Positions 32,649-41,319 are shown, counted from the first letter of the stretch. The stretch: DNA of 64,000 nt from a bacterium BMS3Bbin08 (GCA_002897775.1 BDTR01000030.1:128070-192069), one strand, 5' to 3'. Translations and numbers: made by a program. The notes: a model not told the origin generated them from the sequence alone.

Positions 32649-33455
32649 ATGGAAAAAATAACAGGCTTAGGAACAATTGACAGGGAGCGGTTAACCGCAT
32701 TAATTCGCGGTACAAAAGGCACTATTTCAGTTGCCGAGTCAGCGGATATTTTAAAGGTATCTTCAGTTAGCGCAGCGAAGATGCTTGCTCGCTGGGCGAA
32801 AAAAGGGTGGCTGTCACGTGTGCGCCGCAGTATATATATATCCATTCCTCTTGAATCCCGCACAACCGATGTTCCTCTTGAAGACCCGTGGCTTGTTGCT
32901 GATCGTTTATTCAGCCCGTGTTATATCGGGGGATGGAGCGCGGCTGAGTACTGGAATCTCACTGAACAAATCTTTCGCACTATAGCAGTAATGACAGTAC
33001 AAAAACCAAGAAATCGTACCCCTAATATCAGAGGAACAAATTTTCTGCTTCGCACTGTTCCGGAAAGAACCATGTTTGGGCTAAAATCTGCCTGGAGGGG
33101 ACAGGTGAAAGTATCAGTATCTGACGCAACCAGGACAATTCTTGATATGCTCAATGATCCGGGACTCGGTGGCGGAATACGGTCGACTGCCGATATGTTT
33201 AAAGATTATTTAAAATCGGAAAACAAAAATCTGGACATGCTCATCGACTATTCCACGCGTTTTGGAAATGGCGCGGTCTTTAAACGTCTTGGTTTTATGC
33301 TGGAGCGTTTTTCTCCGGACGAAAACACTATCATTGAAAAGTGCAAATCGCAATTAACCAAAGGGAACTCTAAACTTGATCCAAAACTCGGGGCGGACAA
33401 GCTCGTTACACGCTGGAAGTTATGGATTCCAAAAAATTGGGTAAAGGAGCAATGA
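32649..33455 (+). CDS. type IV TA antitoxin, AbiEi family
   Basis: N-terminal wHTH (KGWLSRVRRSIY), YIGGWSAAEYWNLTEQ, SDATRTILD, KRLGF. Confidence 0.85.
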   Translation: MEKITGLGTIDRERLTALIRGTKGTISVAESADILKVSSVSAAKMLARWAKKGWLSRVRRSIYISIPLESRTTDVPLEDPWLVADRLFSPCYIGGWSAAEYWNLTEQIFRTIAVMTVQKPRNRTPNIRGTNFLLRTVPERTMFGLKSAWRGQVKVSVSDATRTILDMLNDPGLGGGIRSTADMFKDYLKSENKNLDMLIDYSTRFGNGAVFKRLGFMLERFSPDENTIIEKCKSQLTKGNSKLDPKLGADKLVTRWKLWIPKNWVKEQ

Positions 33456-33456
33456 C

Positions 33457-34890
33457 GTGATTGATCGCCGGGAGATCATGGAGTTTTCCAGAGAGTGGGG
33501 ACTGACTGCAAATGTCATTGAAAAAGATTATGTGCTTGGATGGGTATTGGCCGGGATTGCCGGTCATGATAAGCTGGGTTCTGAATGGGTGTTTAAAGGA
33601 GGGACCTGTTTAAAGAAGTGTTACTTTGAAACATATCGCTTTTCCGAAGACCTGGATTTTACCGTAGTGAATGCTGAGCATTTGAACGAAGAATATCTTC
33701 TGTCTTCATTTCGTGATGTCGCCGGATGGATATACGAATCTACCGGCATAGAAATCCCGGCAGATACGATCCGTTTTGAAATCTATACAAATCCACGCGG
33801 CGCAACATCTGTTCAGGGAAGGATTGGTTACCGGGGACCAATGCAGCCTGGCGGGGCCCTTCCCCGGATAAAACTGGATTTAACAAATGATGAAATATTA
33901 GTTCTTGATCCCGCTGTACGGGAAGTCCATCATCCTTATTCCGACAGACCGGAAGACGGCATCTCCGCAAGGTGCTATTCTTTCGAAGAAGTGTATGCGG
34001 AAAAAGTCAGGGCATTGGCGGAACGTGAAAGACCGCGCGATCTTTATGACGTTATACATCTTCATCGTCATGACAGTTTAAGAACTAATCGTGAGTTAAT
34101 AATGAGCACGCTTGAAAAGAAGTGTGAATTTAAAGGGATATCCGTACCGACTATAGAAGCACTGGAAAATAAACCCGAGCGTGCCGAACTGGAAGCTGAA
34201 TGGGAGAATATGCTGGCACACCAATTGCCTGTTTTACCGCCGTTTGGACAATTCTGGCAGGAACTTCCTGAGGTGTTTGAATGGTTATATCGCGCAGTTG
34301 AAAAAGTTGCGGCTCTTCCGATATCTTCCGGACGTTATGAGGTTGATGAAACATGGCATGCCCCTGCAATGGCACAAGCCTGGTATGCTAATGCACCGCT
34401 TGAAATAATACGTTTTGCAGCAGCTAACCGTTTATGTGTGAATTTAAAATATAATGGTACAAATCGTGTCATAGAGCCATATTCCCTGCGCAGGACAAAA
34501 GATGGAAATTTGTTATTATATGCCGTCAAACACAATACACACGAGGACAGATCCTATAGAATTGACAGGATACAGGGAGCAGAAGCGACCAAGACGCCAT
34601 TTACGCCTCGTTATGTAGTCGAACTGACTGCTGCCGGACCGATTTCGGCACCTCCAACAGAACGGACATCATCCGGATATGGATTAACCAATACCAGAAA
34701 ATCAAGAATCGGTCGGGGTAGGTCTATAAGCCGTTCAATGAGTTTTGGGCCTAAATATATAATCGAATGTACTTATTGCGGTAAGAAATTCAATCGAAAA
34801 AGCTATACTACCAGTCTAAATGCTCACAAGGATAAAAGCGGATATCCTTGCCCGGGAAGGATTGGGTATATGGTAGATACGAAGTATTAG
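33457..34890 (+). CDS. AbiEii nucleotidyltransferase toxin fused to a WYL domain and a C-terminal zinc finger
   Basis: EKDY, FKGGT, RFSEDLDF, AEK, RDLYD; WYL-like RVIEPYSL...LLYAV...RSYRIDRI; CTYC...H...C. Confidence 0.82.
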   Translation: MIDRREIMEFSREWGLTANVIEKDYVLGWVLAGIAGHDKLGSEWVFKGGTCLKKCYFETYRFSEDLDFTVVNAEHLNEEYLLSSFRDVAGWIYESTGIEIPADTIRFEIYTNPRGATSVQGRIGYRGPMQPGGALPRIKLDLTNDEILVLDPAVREVHHPYSDRPEDGISARCYSFEEVYAEKVRALAERERPRDLYDVIHLHRHDSLRTNRELIMSTLEKKCEFKGISVPTIEALENKPERAELEAEWENMLAHQLPVLPPFGQFWQELPEVFEWLYRAVEKVAALPISSGRYEVDETWHAPAMAQAWYANAPLEIIRFAAANRLCVNLKYNGTNRVIEPYSLRRTKDGNLLLYAVKHNTHEDRSYRIDRIQGAEATKTPFTPRYVVELTAAGPISAPPTERTSSGYGLTNTRKSRIGRGRSISRSMSFGPKYIIECTYCGKKFNRKSYTTSLNAHKDKSGYPCPGRIGYMVDTKY

Positions 34891-34899
34891 AACAATAAA

Positions 34900-35061
34900 A
34901 TGAGCCCAGCACAAATCGTCCAAAAACTCTGAAATTACTGCAACGTCCTTCGTGACGACGGAATGAGCTGCGGAGATTATGTGGAACAGCTTACGTATCT
35001 GCTGTTTCTCAAGATGGCTGATGAGAGGGCTAAACCGCCATATAATCAACCGACTCAGTAA
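34900..35061 (+). pseudogene. hsdM: hsdM 5' fragment 2 with internal stop (MSPAQIVQKL*NYCNVLRDDGMSCGDYVEQLTYLLFLKMADER...)
   Basis: HsdM N-terminal domain signature; TGG>TGA at codon 11; truncated after 53 codons. Confidence 0.88.
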
Positions 35062-35070
35062 ATAGATTTA

Positions 35071-35114
35071 GTTGCCCCCCATGCGGGGGCGTGCCTGCCT
35101 GCCAGTCTACGACT
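35071..35114 (+). repeat. solitary CRISPR repeat remnant (positions 1-23) followed by part of the same CCTG insert
   Basis: GTTGCCCCCCATGCGGGGGCGTG-CCTGCCTGCCAGTCTACGACT, 41/44 nt identical to 31469-31512. Confidence 0.92.
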
Positions 35115-35249
35115 GAGAAAAATCCCGCCTTCAGAAGATAATGCTGTGAGATCGATAAATAAAGCTGAACACTGGTTAAAAACAAAGCAATGGTGCCGGT
35201 AACTGATGTGGACTACTGACACATATAAAAGAGAGGGTATTTGTTAATT

Positions 35250-35278
35250 TTGACAAACTATAATAATTAAGTTATACT
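35250..35278 (+). promoter_or_regulatory. sigma70-type promoter of abrB-vapC
   Basis: TTGACA-17 bp-TATACT. Confidence 0.7.
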
Positions 35279-35316
35279 TTAATTAAGAAGTAAAACAAAT
35301 TTATGGAGGTAAAACT

Positions 35317-35604
35317 ATGCCTACAGTAACTGTATCATCAAAAGGGCAGATTGTCATGCCAAAAAAGATACGGGATGCCCTTGGCATAAAGCCGAAACAG
35401 AAGGTATTTTTGAAAGTTGTACAAGATCATGCTGAAATTATACCGCTGCCGGAAAATCCTGCTCAGGCATTCTGCGGTATTTTCAAAAAAGGTTCATCAC
35501 TGACAAAATCACTGCTGAAGGATCGAAAGGAGGAAGCAAAACTTGAAGAGAAAAATATTGCTCGATTCTTACGCGCTTCTGGCATATCTAAAAAAAGAAG
35601 ATAA
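35317..35604 (+). CDS. AbrB/MazE/SpoVT family antitoxin
   Basis: VSSKGQIVMPKKIRDALGI swapped-hairpin motif; GGAGG RBS. Confidence 0.88.
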   Translation: MPTVTVSSKGQIVMPKKIRDALGIKPKQKVFLKVVQDHAEIIPLPENPAQAFCGIFKKGSSLTKSLLKDRKEEAKLEEKNIARFLRASGISKKRR

Positions 35605-35944
35605 CTACAGGAAAGTGATGGAATTATTAAATTCGGCGCCTGAAGATTGTTCTATTATAATGAATGAAATCAATGCGGGAGAAAGTTACTATATTATTGC
35701 CAGAGAAAGAGGAATCAGGCAAGCCGATTATTTCATTGAAACCATTCTTCCTAACCTTCCTATAGACATTATATCCAATTCATTCGACCAGATCATAGAT
35801 GCTTCCAGAATCAAAGTTGACCATTCCATTTCTTATGCTGACTGTTTTGTTGTCGCTACAGCCGTCCGTGAAAAAGCCGTGATTGTTACAGGCGATCCTG
35901 ATTTTAAGCGAGTTAAAGATATTGTGGATGTAGAATGGATATAG
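35543..35944 (+). CDS. vapC: VapC/PIN-domain toxin
   Basis: ILLDSYALL, NAGE, SYADCF, TGDPDF PIN acidic residues. Confidence 0.9.
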   Translation: MKRKILLDSYALLAYLKKEDNYRKVMELLNSAPEDCSIIMNEINAGESYYIIARERGIRQADYFIETILPNLPIDIISNSFDQIIDASRIKVDHSISYADCFVVATAVREKAVIVTGDPDFKRVKDIVDVEWI

Positions 35945-35980
35945 ATTTAAAAATTAATACATAAACAGATATTTTTCTAT

Positions 35981-36019
35981 GCCCCCCCCATGCGGTGGCG
36001 TGCCTGCGGGGATTGAAAC
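35981..36019 (+). repeat. solitary degenerate CRISPR repeat with an 8-bp CCTGCGGG insert at the same position
   Basis: GCCCCCCCCATGCGGTGGCGTG-CCTGCGGG-GATTGAAAC. Confidence 0.88.
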
Positions 36020-36135
36020 TGCTTTATTTCAGTGCCTTCAGTGTTCTCAGTGGTTGTATGAGAGAATATTCAATTACCCAGGACTGAAGCTGCTCTATTG
36101 ACTACTCCATTTATTCGGAGGTATACTTAAAAATA

Positions 36136-36248
36136 TCCTGGGGGAGGCGCAGACCTGTGGAACTACGGGTCAGGCCTGAGAGTTTTCCCGAATATTCGGG
36201 GAGAGACCCCTTGAACCTGAACTGGGTAATACCAGCGGAGGAAAAGGA
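36136..36248 (+). ncRNA. TPP riboswitch
   Basis: GGGG...CTGAGA...ACCCCTTGAACCTGAACTGGGTAATACCAGCGGAGGAA consensus upstream of thi genes; promoter-like TTGACT/TATACT at 36098/36122. Confidence 0.93.
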
Positions 36249-36264
36249 GGAATAAAAAAATTAT

Positions 36265-36313
36265 ACCGCATTCTTCAGGGTAAGAACCTCTGGAAATGCG
36301 GTTTTTATTTTTT
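36265..36313 (+). terminator. intrinsic terminator, riboswitch expression platform
   Basis: ACCGCATT...AATGCGGT stem followed by a long T tract. Confidence 0.75.
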
Positions 36314-36316
36314 TAA

Positions 36317-37624
36317 ATGAAGAACTCTATCACAAAAAATACCCGAAACATAAGGGATATCCTTGCAAAGGCCCTTAAACCGGAGATATTAAGTCTTGAT
36401 GAGGTCTCCAGTCTGATAAACCTGCGTGACAGGGAATTGTGGGAAGAGGTCTTTGATGCCGCCCGTCAGCTGAAGGAAAAGATCTACGGCAGCAGGATCG
36501 TGCTGTTCGCGCCGCTTTATCTGTCGAACGAGTGCGTAAATAACTGCGGATATTGCGGCTTTAGAAAAGGCAATGGAAAGGCCAGGAGAAAGACCCTGAG
36601 CGTGGACGAAGCAGTGGAAGAGGCGGGGATGCTTGCTGACAGAGGGTATAAAAGGCTTCTTCTCGTGACGAGCGAACATCCTAAGCTGGCTGGTGTGGAT
36701 TATCTTGAAGAGGTTATCACAGAGATATATAAGAGGACGGATATAAGGATCCTGCACCTGAACGCGGCTCCCATGAGCGTGGAGGATTTCAGGAGACTAA
36801 AAACATGCGGTATCGGCGTGTACCAATGTTTTCAGGAAACATATCACTTCCCGACATATAAGAAGATGCATCCTTCCGGTCCAAAGGCGGATTATGGATG
36901 GAGGCTGGGGGTCATGGACAGGGCAATAGAAGCTGGTTTTGAAGACATAGGAATGGGTGTGCTGCTTGGTCTGTACGACTGGAGATGGGATGTATGGGCG
37001 GTAATAGCGCACAGCCACAGGCTTATAAGGAAATACGGTTTCGGGCCGCATACCCTGTCCGTTCCAAGGCTTCAGCCTGCACAGGGTTTTAAACCGGGAA
37101 AAACAAACAGGGTTTCTGATGATGATTTCAGAAAAATAGTCGCCATTTACCGCCTGGCCCTGCCTTATGTCGGCGTGGTGATCTCAACAAGGGAACCGTC
37201 AGAGCTAAGGGACGAGCTGCTTTCGATGGGCGCTTCGCAGGTGTCAGCCGGTTCAAAGACAAGCCCCTGGGGTTATGTTGAGGACGGCGACACAGAACAG
37301 TTTGAAACGGGTGACAAACGGAGCCTTGAGGAGGTCATTGAGAAAATAGCGGGCATGGGACTTATTCCAAGTTTGTGTACTGCCTGCTACAGGGAAGGCA
37401 GAAGCGGTGAAAAGTTCAGGCAGATCGCTCAGCAGGGAAATATCAAAAAGTTCTGCCATGAAAACGCGCTGTTAAGTCTTAAAGAGTATATTGAGGACCA
37501 CGCGCCGGACAATATAAAAGAGCATCTGGTAAAAAGGCTGAAACAGGAAAGCGCAAAAAGCTCTAACGGTCTTTTTGACAAGTTCAAACTTATAGAGCAG
37601 GGGAAAAGGGATGTACACATATAG
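36317..37624 (+). CDS. radical SAM tyrosine lyase of the ThiH/HydG family, with HydG-type C-terminal domain
   Basis: CVNNCGYC, FQETY, GPHTLSVPR, C-terminal CX2CX22C; first gene of the thi operon. Confidence 0.88.
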   Translation: MKNSITKNTRNIRDILAKALKPEILSLDEVSSLINLRDRELWEEVFDAARQLKEKIYGSRIVLFAPLYLSNECVNNCGYCGFRKGNGKARRKTLSVDEAVEEAGMLADRGYKRLLLVTSEHPKLAGVDYLEEVITEIYKRTDIRILHLNAAPMSVEDFRRLKTCGIGVYQCFQETYHFPTYKKMHPSGPKADYGWRLGVMDRAIEAGFEDIGMGVLLGLYDWRWDVWAVIAHSHRLIRKYGFGPHTLSVPRLQPAQGFKPGKTNRVSDDDFRKIVAIYRLALPYVGVVISTREPSELRDELLSMGASQVSAGSKTSPWGYVEDGDTEQFETGDKRSLEEVIEKIAGMGLIPSLCTACYREGRSGEKFRQIAQQGNIKKFCHENALLSLKEYIEDHAPDNIKEHLVKRLKQESAKSSNGLFDKFKLIEQGKRDVHI

Positions 37625-37798
37625 CGAATAGCTCGTAGCTCATAGTTCATAGCTGATAGTACAGACCACAGACTATTCCGTAACGTCCCGACGCTTCGGG
37701 ACAAACAGTTTAAGCCCCTGTACCACAAGGGTGCATGGCAGGCGTTCAAAACGGATAACGAATAACGATTAACAAATAACGTATAACGGTTTTTTTAG

Positions 37799-37999
37799 AT
37801 GAAACTTAAATTAAACGGAGACACTGCGGAGTTTCAGGACGGCCTTACTGTTGCGGGCCTTCTTGAAAACCTCAAGATAGAGCCCGGAAGGGTTGCCGTA
37901 GAGGTTAATATGGAAATTGTGAAAAAACAGGATTATCAGAAAGTGGTCGTTAAACAGGGTGATTCAATAGAGATCGTGAATTTTGTAGGTGGAGGGTAA
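37799..37999 (+). CDS. thiS: sulfur carrier protein ThiS
   Basis: 66 aa, VAVEVN, ends FVGGG. Confidence 0.96.
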   Translation: MKLKLNGDTAEFQDGLTVAGLLENLKIEPGRVAVEVNMEIVKKQDYQKVVVKQGDSIEIVNFVGGG

Positions 38000-38005
38000 T
38001 AAATT

Positions 38006-38130
38006 TAGTGGTCGCCCTTCGGGCAAGCCCTCCAAAATAACCGGCGGGCAAGCACAATGTAATGATTTTCTTATTAACATATTCGCTCACTACGCCTGCC
38101 TGCCGGCAGGCAGATTCACTGAGCATTCAT
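38006..38130. repeat. dispersed structured element, copy B, with a CCTG palindrome insert at 38095-38114
   Basis: Conserved blocks shared with copies A and C; flanked by an ATAAATT direct repeat. Confidence 0.8.
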
Positions 38131-38165
38131 AAATTGTAAATTGCAAATTGAAAAAGGAGAGATTT

Positions 38166-38936
38166 ATGGATGATAAGCTGGTAATAAAAGGAATTGAGTT
38201 CAGGTCCAGGCTGTGGGTGGGAACAGGCAAGTACAAGGACTTTGAGGAGACCAGAAAGGCTGTAGAGGCGTCCGGCACTGATGTTGTTACTGTTGCCGTT
38301 AGAAGGGTGAACATAACCGACAGAAAATCAGAGAACCTGCTTGACTATATTGATCCGAAAAAATACAGGATCCTTCCAAATACAGCCGGGTGTTACACAG
38401 TAGAGGACGCGTTAAGATATTCCAGGCTTGCGAGAGAGGCAGGTATTTCAGACCTTGTAAAACTTGAGGTCATAGGTGATGAAAAAACTTTGTTCCCTGA
38501 CACGTGCGGACTGCTAAAGGCAACCGGGATACTGGCAAAAGAAGGCTTTATAGTTCTTCCATATACGAATGACGACCCTGTCATGGCCCGGCGGCTTGTT
38601 GACGCGGGGGCTGCTGCCGTGATGCCGCTTGCAGCGCCCATAGGGTCGGGACTTGGGATCAGGAATCCTTATAACATAAAAATAATACTGGAACAGGCCA
38701 AAGTCCCTGTGATAGTTGACGCCGGGGTCGGCACTGCGTCTGATGTTGCGATCGCAATGGAACTGGGGTGCGACGGTGTTCTGCTTAATACAGCCATAGC
38801 AGGCGCAAAAGACCCTGTCTCAATGGCAGAGGCAATGAAGTACGGTGTTTTGGCCGGACGCCTGGCATATAAGGCGGGCAGGATCGCCAGAAAGCTGCAC
38901 GCGGCAGCAAGCAGTCCTATAGAGGGAATGCTTTAA
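38166..38936 (+). CDS. thiG: thiazole synthase
   Basis: [33 protein letters not shown]; ATG after AAGGAG. Confidence 0.97.
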   Translation: MDDKLVIKGIEFRSRLWVGTGKYKDFEETRKAVEASGTDVVTVAVRRVNITDRKSENLLDYIDPKKYRILPNTAGCYTVEDALRYSRLAREAGISDLVKLEVIGDEKTLFPDTCGLLKATGILAKEGFIVLPYTNDDPVMARRLVDAGAAAVMPLAAPIGSGLGIRNPYNIKIILEQAKVPVIVDAGVGTASDVAIAMELGCDGVLLNTAIAGAKDPVSMAEAMKYGVLAGRLAYKAGRIARKLHAAASSPIEGML

Positions 38937-39015
38937 AAGAAGTAGCGAGTATCAAGTAGAGAGTAGAGAGAAATAAGTAAACTGATGTTGTAACGGCGGG
39001 GCAGAAGGACGAAGG

Positions 39016-39705
39016 ATGAACGACGAGGGACGAAAGTCAAAAAGAATAAATTTCAAACTTTATTTGATAACTGACAGGAAGATCTTCCATCGTCCATCCC
39101 GTAAAGGGACGTTGTCCCCACGGGACTTTACGTCGTCTATCGTCAATGCTGTTGAAAAGGCTTTAAAGGGTGGTGTAAAGGCGGTCCAGCTCAGGGAAAA
39201 GGATCTAAGTACTAGACAGTTATTAAAACTGGCTTACAGAATGAGAGAGTTGACGGAAAAATTTGACGCGAAACTTTTTATCAATGACAGGCTTGATATC
39301 GCTCTTGCGGTTAGCGCTGACGGTGTTCACCTCACGCAGAACAGCATGCCCGCGGACGCAGTGAGAAGGGTCGTTAAAAAGGCCTTTTTGATCGGTGTTT
39401 CAACACATTCATTAAAAGAGGCAAGGCAGGCTGAAGAGGCAGGGGCTGATTTTGTAACCTTTGGGCCGGTATACAGGACATCGTCAAAATTAAGATATGG
39501 CAGGCCCCTTGGACTTAATGTGCTGAAAAGGATTGTCAAAAAGATAAAAGCGCCGGTCTTTGCGATCGGCGGTATAAAGAGCGGCAGGATCAAAGATGTG
39601 AAAAAGGCGGGCGCCAGTGGTGTTGCCATGATATCAGAGATATTTAAGGCGGCGGGCATACAGAATAAAGCAAATGAAATCATTAATTTATTAGAAGATA
39701 GATAG
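39016..39705 (+). CDS. thiE: thiamine-phosphate synthase with an in-frame hairpin-derived insertion
   Basis: LYLITD, QLREK, INDRLD, GVHL, STHS, AIGGI. Confidence 0.93.
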   Translation: MNDEGRKSKRINFKLYLITDRKIFHRPSRKGTLSPRDFTSSIVNAVEKALKGGVKAVQLREKDLSTRQLLKLAYRMRELTEKFDAKLFINDRLDIALAVSADGVHLTQNSMPADAVRRVVKKAFLIGVSTHSLKEARQAEEAGADFVTFGPVYRTSSKLRYGRPLGLNVLKRIVKKIKAPVFAIGGIKSGRIKDVKKAGASGVAMISEIFKAAGIQNKANEIINLLEDR

Positions 39706-39743
39706 GAGAATATCCTGCGTATTATAAAATATAGGAGAAAAAA

Positions 39744-41042
39744 ATGAACGATCTGAAAGAGACAAGAATCGAGACCGCAAGAAAAGGAATAATCACTGAC
39801 GAGGTAAGACAGGTCGCGCTTGCTGAAGGGGTACAGCCTGAGCAGCTCTCACAGGATATCGCGTCAGGCCTGACGGTCATATCAAGGAATGTAAACCATG
39901 ATATCAAGCCGCTTGGCATAGGAAAAGGCCTGAAGACAAAGATCAATGCCAATATCGGTACGTCAAAGGACAGGGTATCGCTTGATGAGGAGATGCAGAA
40001 GCTTGATATCCTGGTCAAATACGGAGCCGACGCGGTAATGGACCTTTCGACCGGCGGCCCGATAAAGGAGATCAGAAAACTTCTTATTGAAAAATCACCG
40101 ATATCAGTCGGGACTGTTCCCATATATGAGGCTGTTGTAAGAACGGTTGAGGAAAAGGGATCTATTTCAAAGATGAGCGCTGACACGCTTTTTAATATTA
40201 TTGAAGAACATGCCAAAGAAGGGGTTGATTTTGTAACAGTTCATTCAGGCCTCACACTGAAGACCATAGAGACTCTCCGGGAAGACGGAAGGATACTCGA
40301 TATTGTAAGCCGGGGCGGGGCGTTCCTTGTCGAGTGGATGATATACAATGACAGGGAAAACCCTCTTTACGAATATTATGACAGGCTTCTTGGTCTGGCA
40401 AAGAAATTCGACCTGACATTAAGTCTCGGTGACGGCGCCCGGCCCGGATGCCTGGCTGACGCCACTGACAGGACCCAGATACAGGAACTTCTGACACTGG
40501 GAGAGTTAAGAGACAGAGCGGTTGAAGCCGGTGTGCAGGTGATAATAGAGGGGCCGGGCCATGTGCCTCTTGACCAGGTGGAACTTAACATTAAGATGCA
40601 GAAAGAGATATGCAAGGGAGCGCCTTTTTACGTGCTGGGGCCTCTTGTGACAGACATAGCAATGGGCTATGACCATATTTCTTCGGCTATAGGAGGCGCT
40701 GTTGCCTGCGCGGCTGGAGCTGACTTTCTGTGTTATGTTACTCCCTCTGAACATATAAGACTGCCGAACCTTGAAGATGTAAAAGAGGGCGTTATCGCTT
40801 CAAAGATAGCGGCCCACGCGGGAGATATCGCAAAGGGTGTTAAAGGCGCTATTGATATGGACATAGCAATGGCAAAGAGGAGAAAGGCGCTTGACTGGAA
40901 CGGTCAGATAGCGCTTAGCCTTAACCCTGAACTGGTAAAAAAATGGCGCGCAGAAGTGCCGCCGTCAGAATCTGAGGTATGCAGTATGTGCGGGGAGTTC
41001 TGCGCCATCAGGACGGTTGAAGCGGCGTTGAAGAAGAAGTAG
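39744..41042 (+). CDS. thiC: phosphomethylpyrimidine synthase
   Basis: KINANIGTS, MDLSTGG, EGPGHVP, CYVTPSEH, CSMCGEFC. Confidence 0.98.
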   Translation: MNDLKETRIETARKGIITDEVRQVALAEGVQPEQLSQDIASGLTVISRNVNHDIKPLGIGKGLKTKINANIGTSKDRVSLDEEMQKLDILVKYGADAVMDLSTGGPIKEIRKLLIEKSPISVGTVPIYEAVVRTVEEKGSISKMSADTLFNIIEEHAKEGVDFVTVHSGLTLKTIETLREDGRILDIVSRGGAFLVEWMIYNDRENPLYEYYDRLLGLAKKFDLTLSLGDGARPGCLADATDRTQIQELLTLGELRDRAVEAGVQVIIEGPGHVPLDQVELNIKMQKEICKGAPFYVLGPLVTDIAMGYDHISSAIGGAVACAAGADFLCYVTPSEHIRLPNLEDVKEGVIASKIAAHAGDIAKGVKGAIDMDIAMAKRRKALDWNGQIALSLNPELVKKWRAEVPPSESEVCSMCGEFCAIRTVEAALKKK

Positions 41043-41319
41043 CAGCAGGCTTTCTTCCGGCAGTGAGCCTGAACATGAATGGATATATTATTCCTGTTAT
41101 GACCGCGGCCAAAAAAAGGGAACCCTTTACGTCGTTCGTTATAAGCCCCATCTTCTCCCCAAGCGTACCTGCCGCAACCATCAGTGAAAGATGGGCGGAC
41201 AGGATCAGGGACATTCCCATGGCGTCAATGCATACGATCTCAAAATCCCTTGAGAGCTTGCCCAGAAGCTCCTGAGCGATATTACCAAGTCCTACAATGA
41301 CAAATCTGTTGCGTTTCAT
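41008..41319 (-). pseudogene. chimeric remnant: TrkA-N-like start joined to a cation:proton antiporter-like C-terminus
   Basis: FVIVGLGNIA...VCID Rossmann start switching abruptly to LSAHLSLMVAAGTLGEKMGLI...AAVIT hydrophobic helices. Confidence 0.55.

Noticed and set aside
34930-34932. In-frame TGA in the hsdM fragment as selenocysteine or recoding
   Set aside because: It replaces a conserved Trp (TGG in copy 1), the ORF is truncated anyway, and TGA is a normal stop in other genes here.
36183-36204. Hairpin CCCGAATATTCGGG inside the TPP riboswitch as a mobile insertion
   Set aside because: It resembles other CCCGA/TCGGG hairpins but lies where TPP aptamers commonly have an optional P3a stem; cannot be distinguished.
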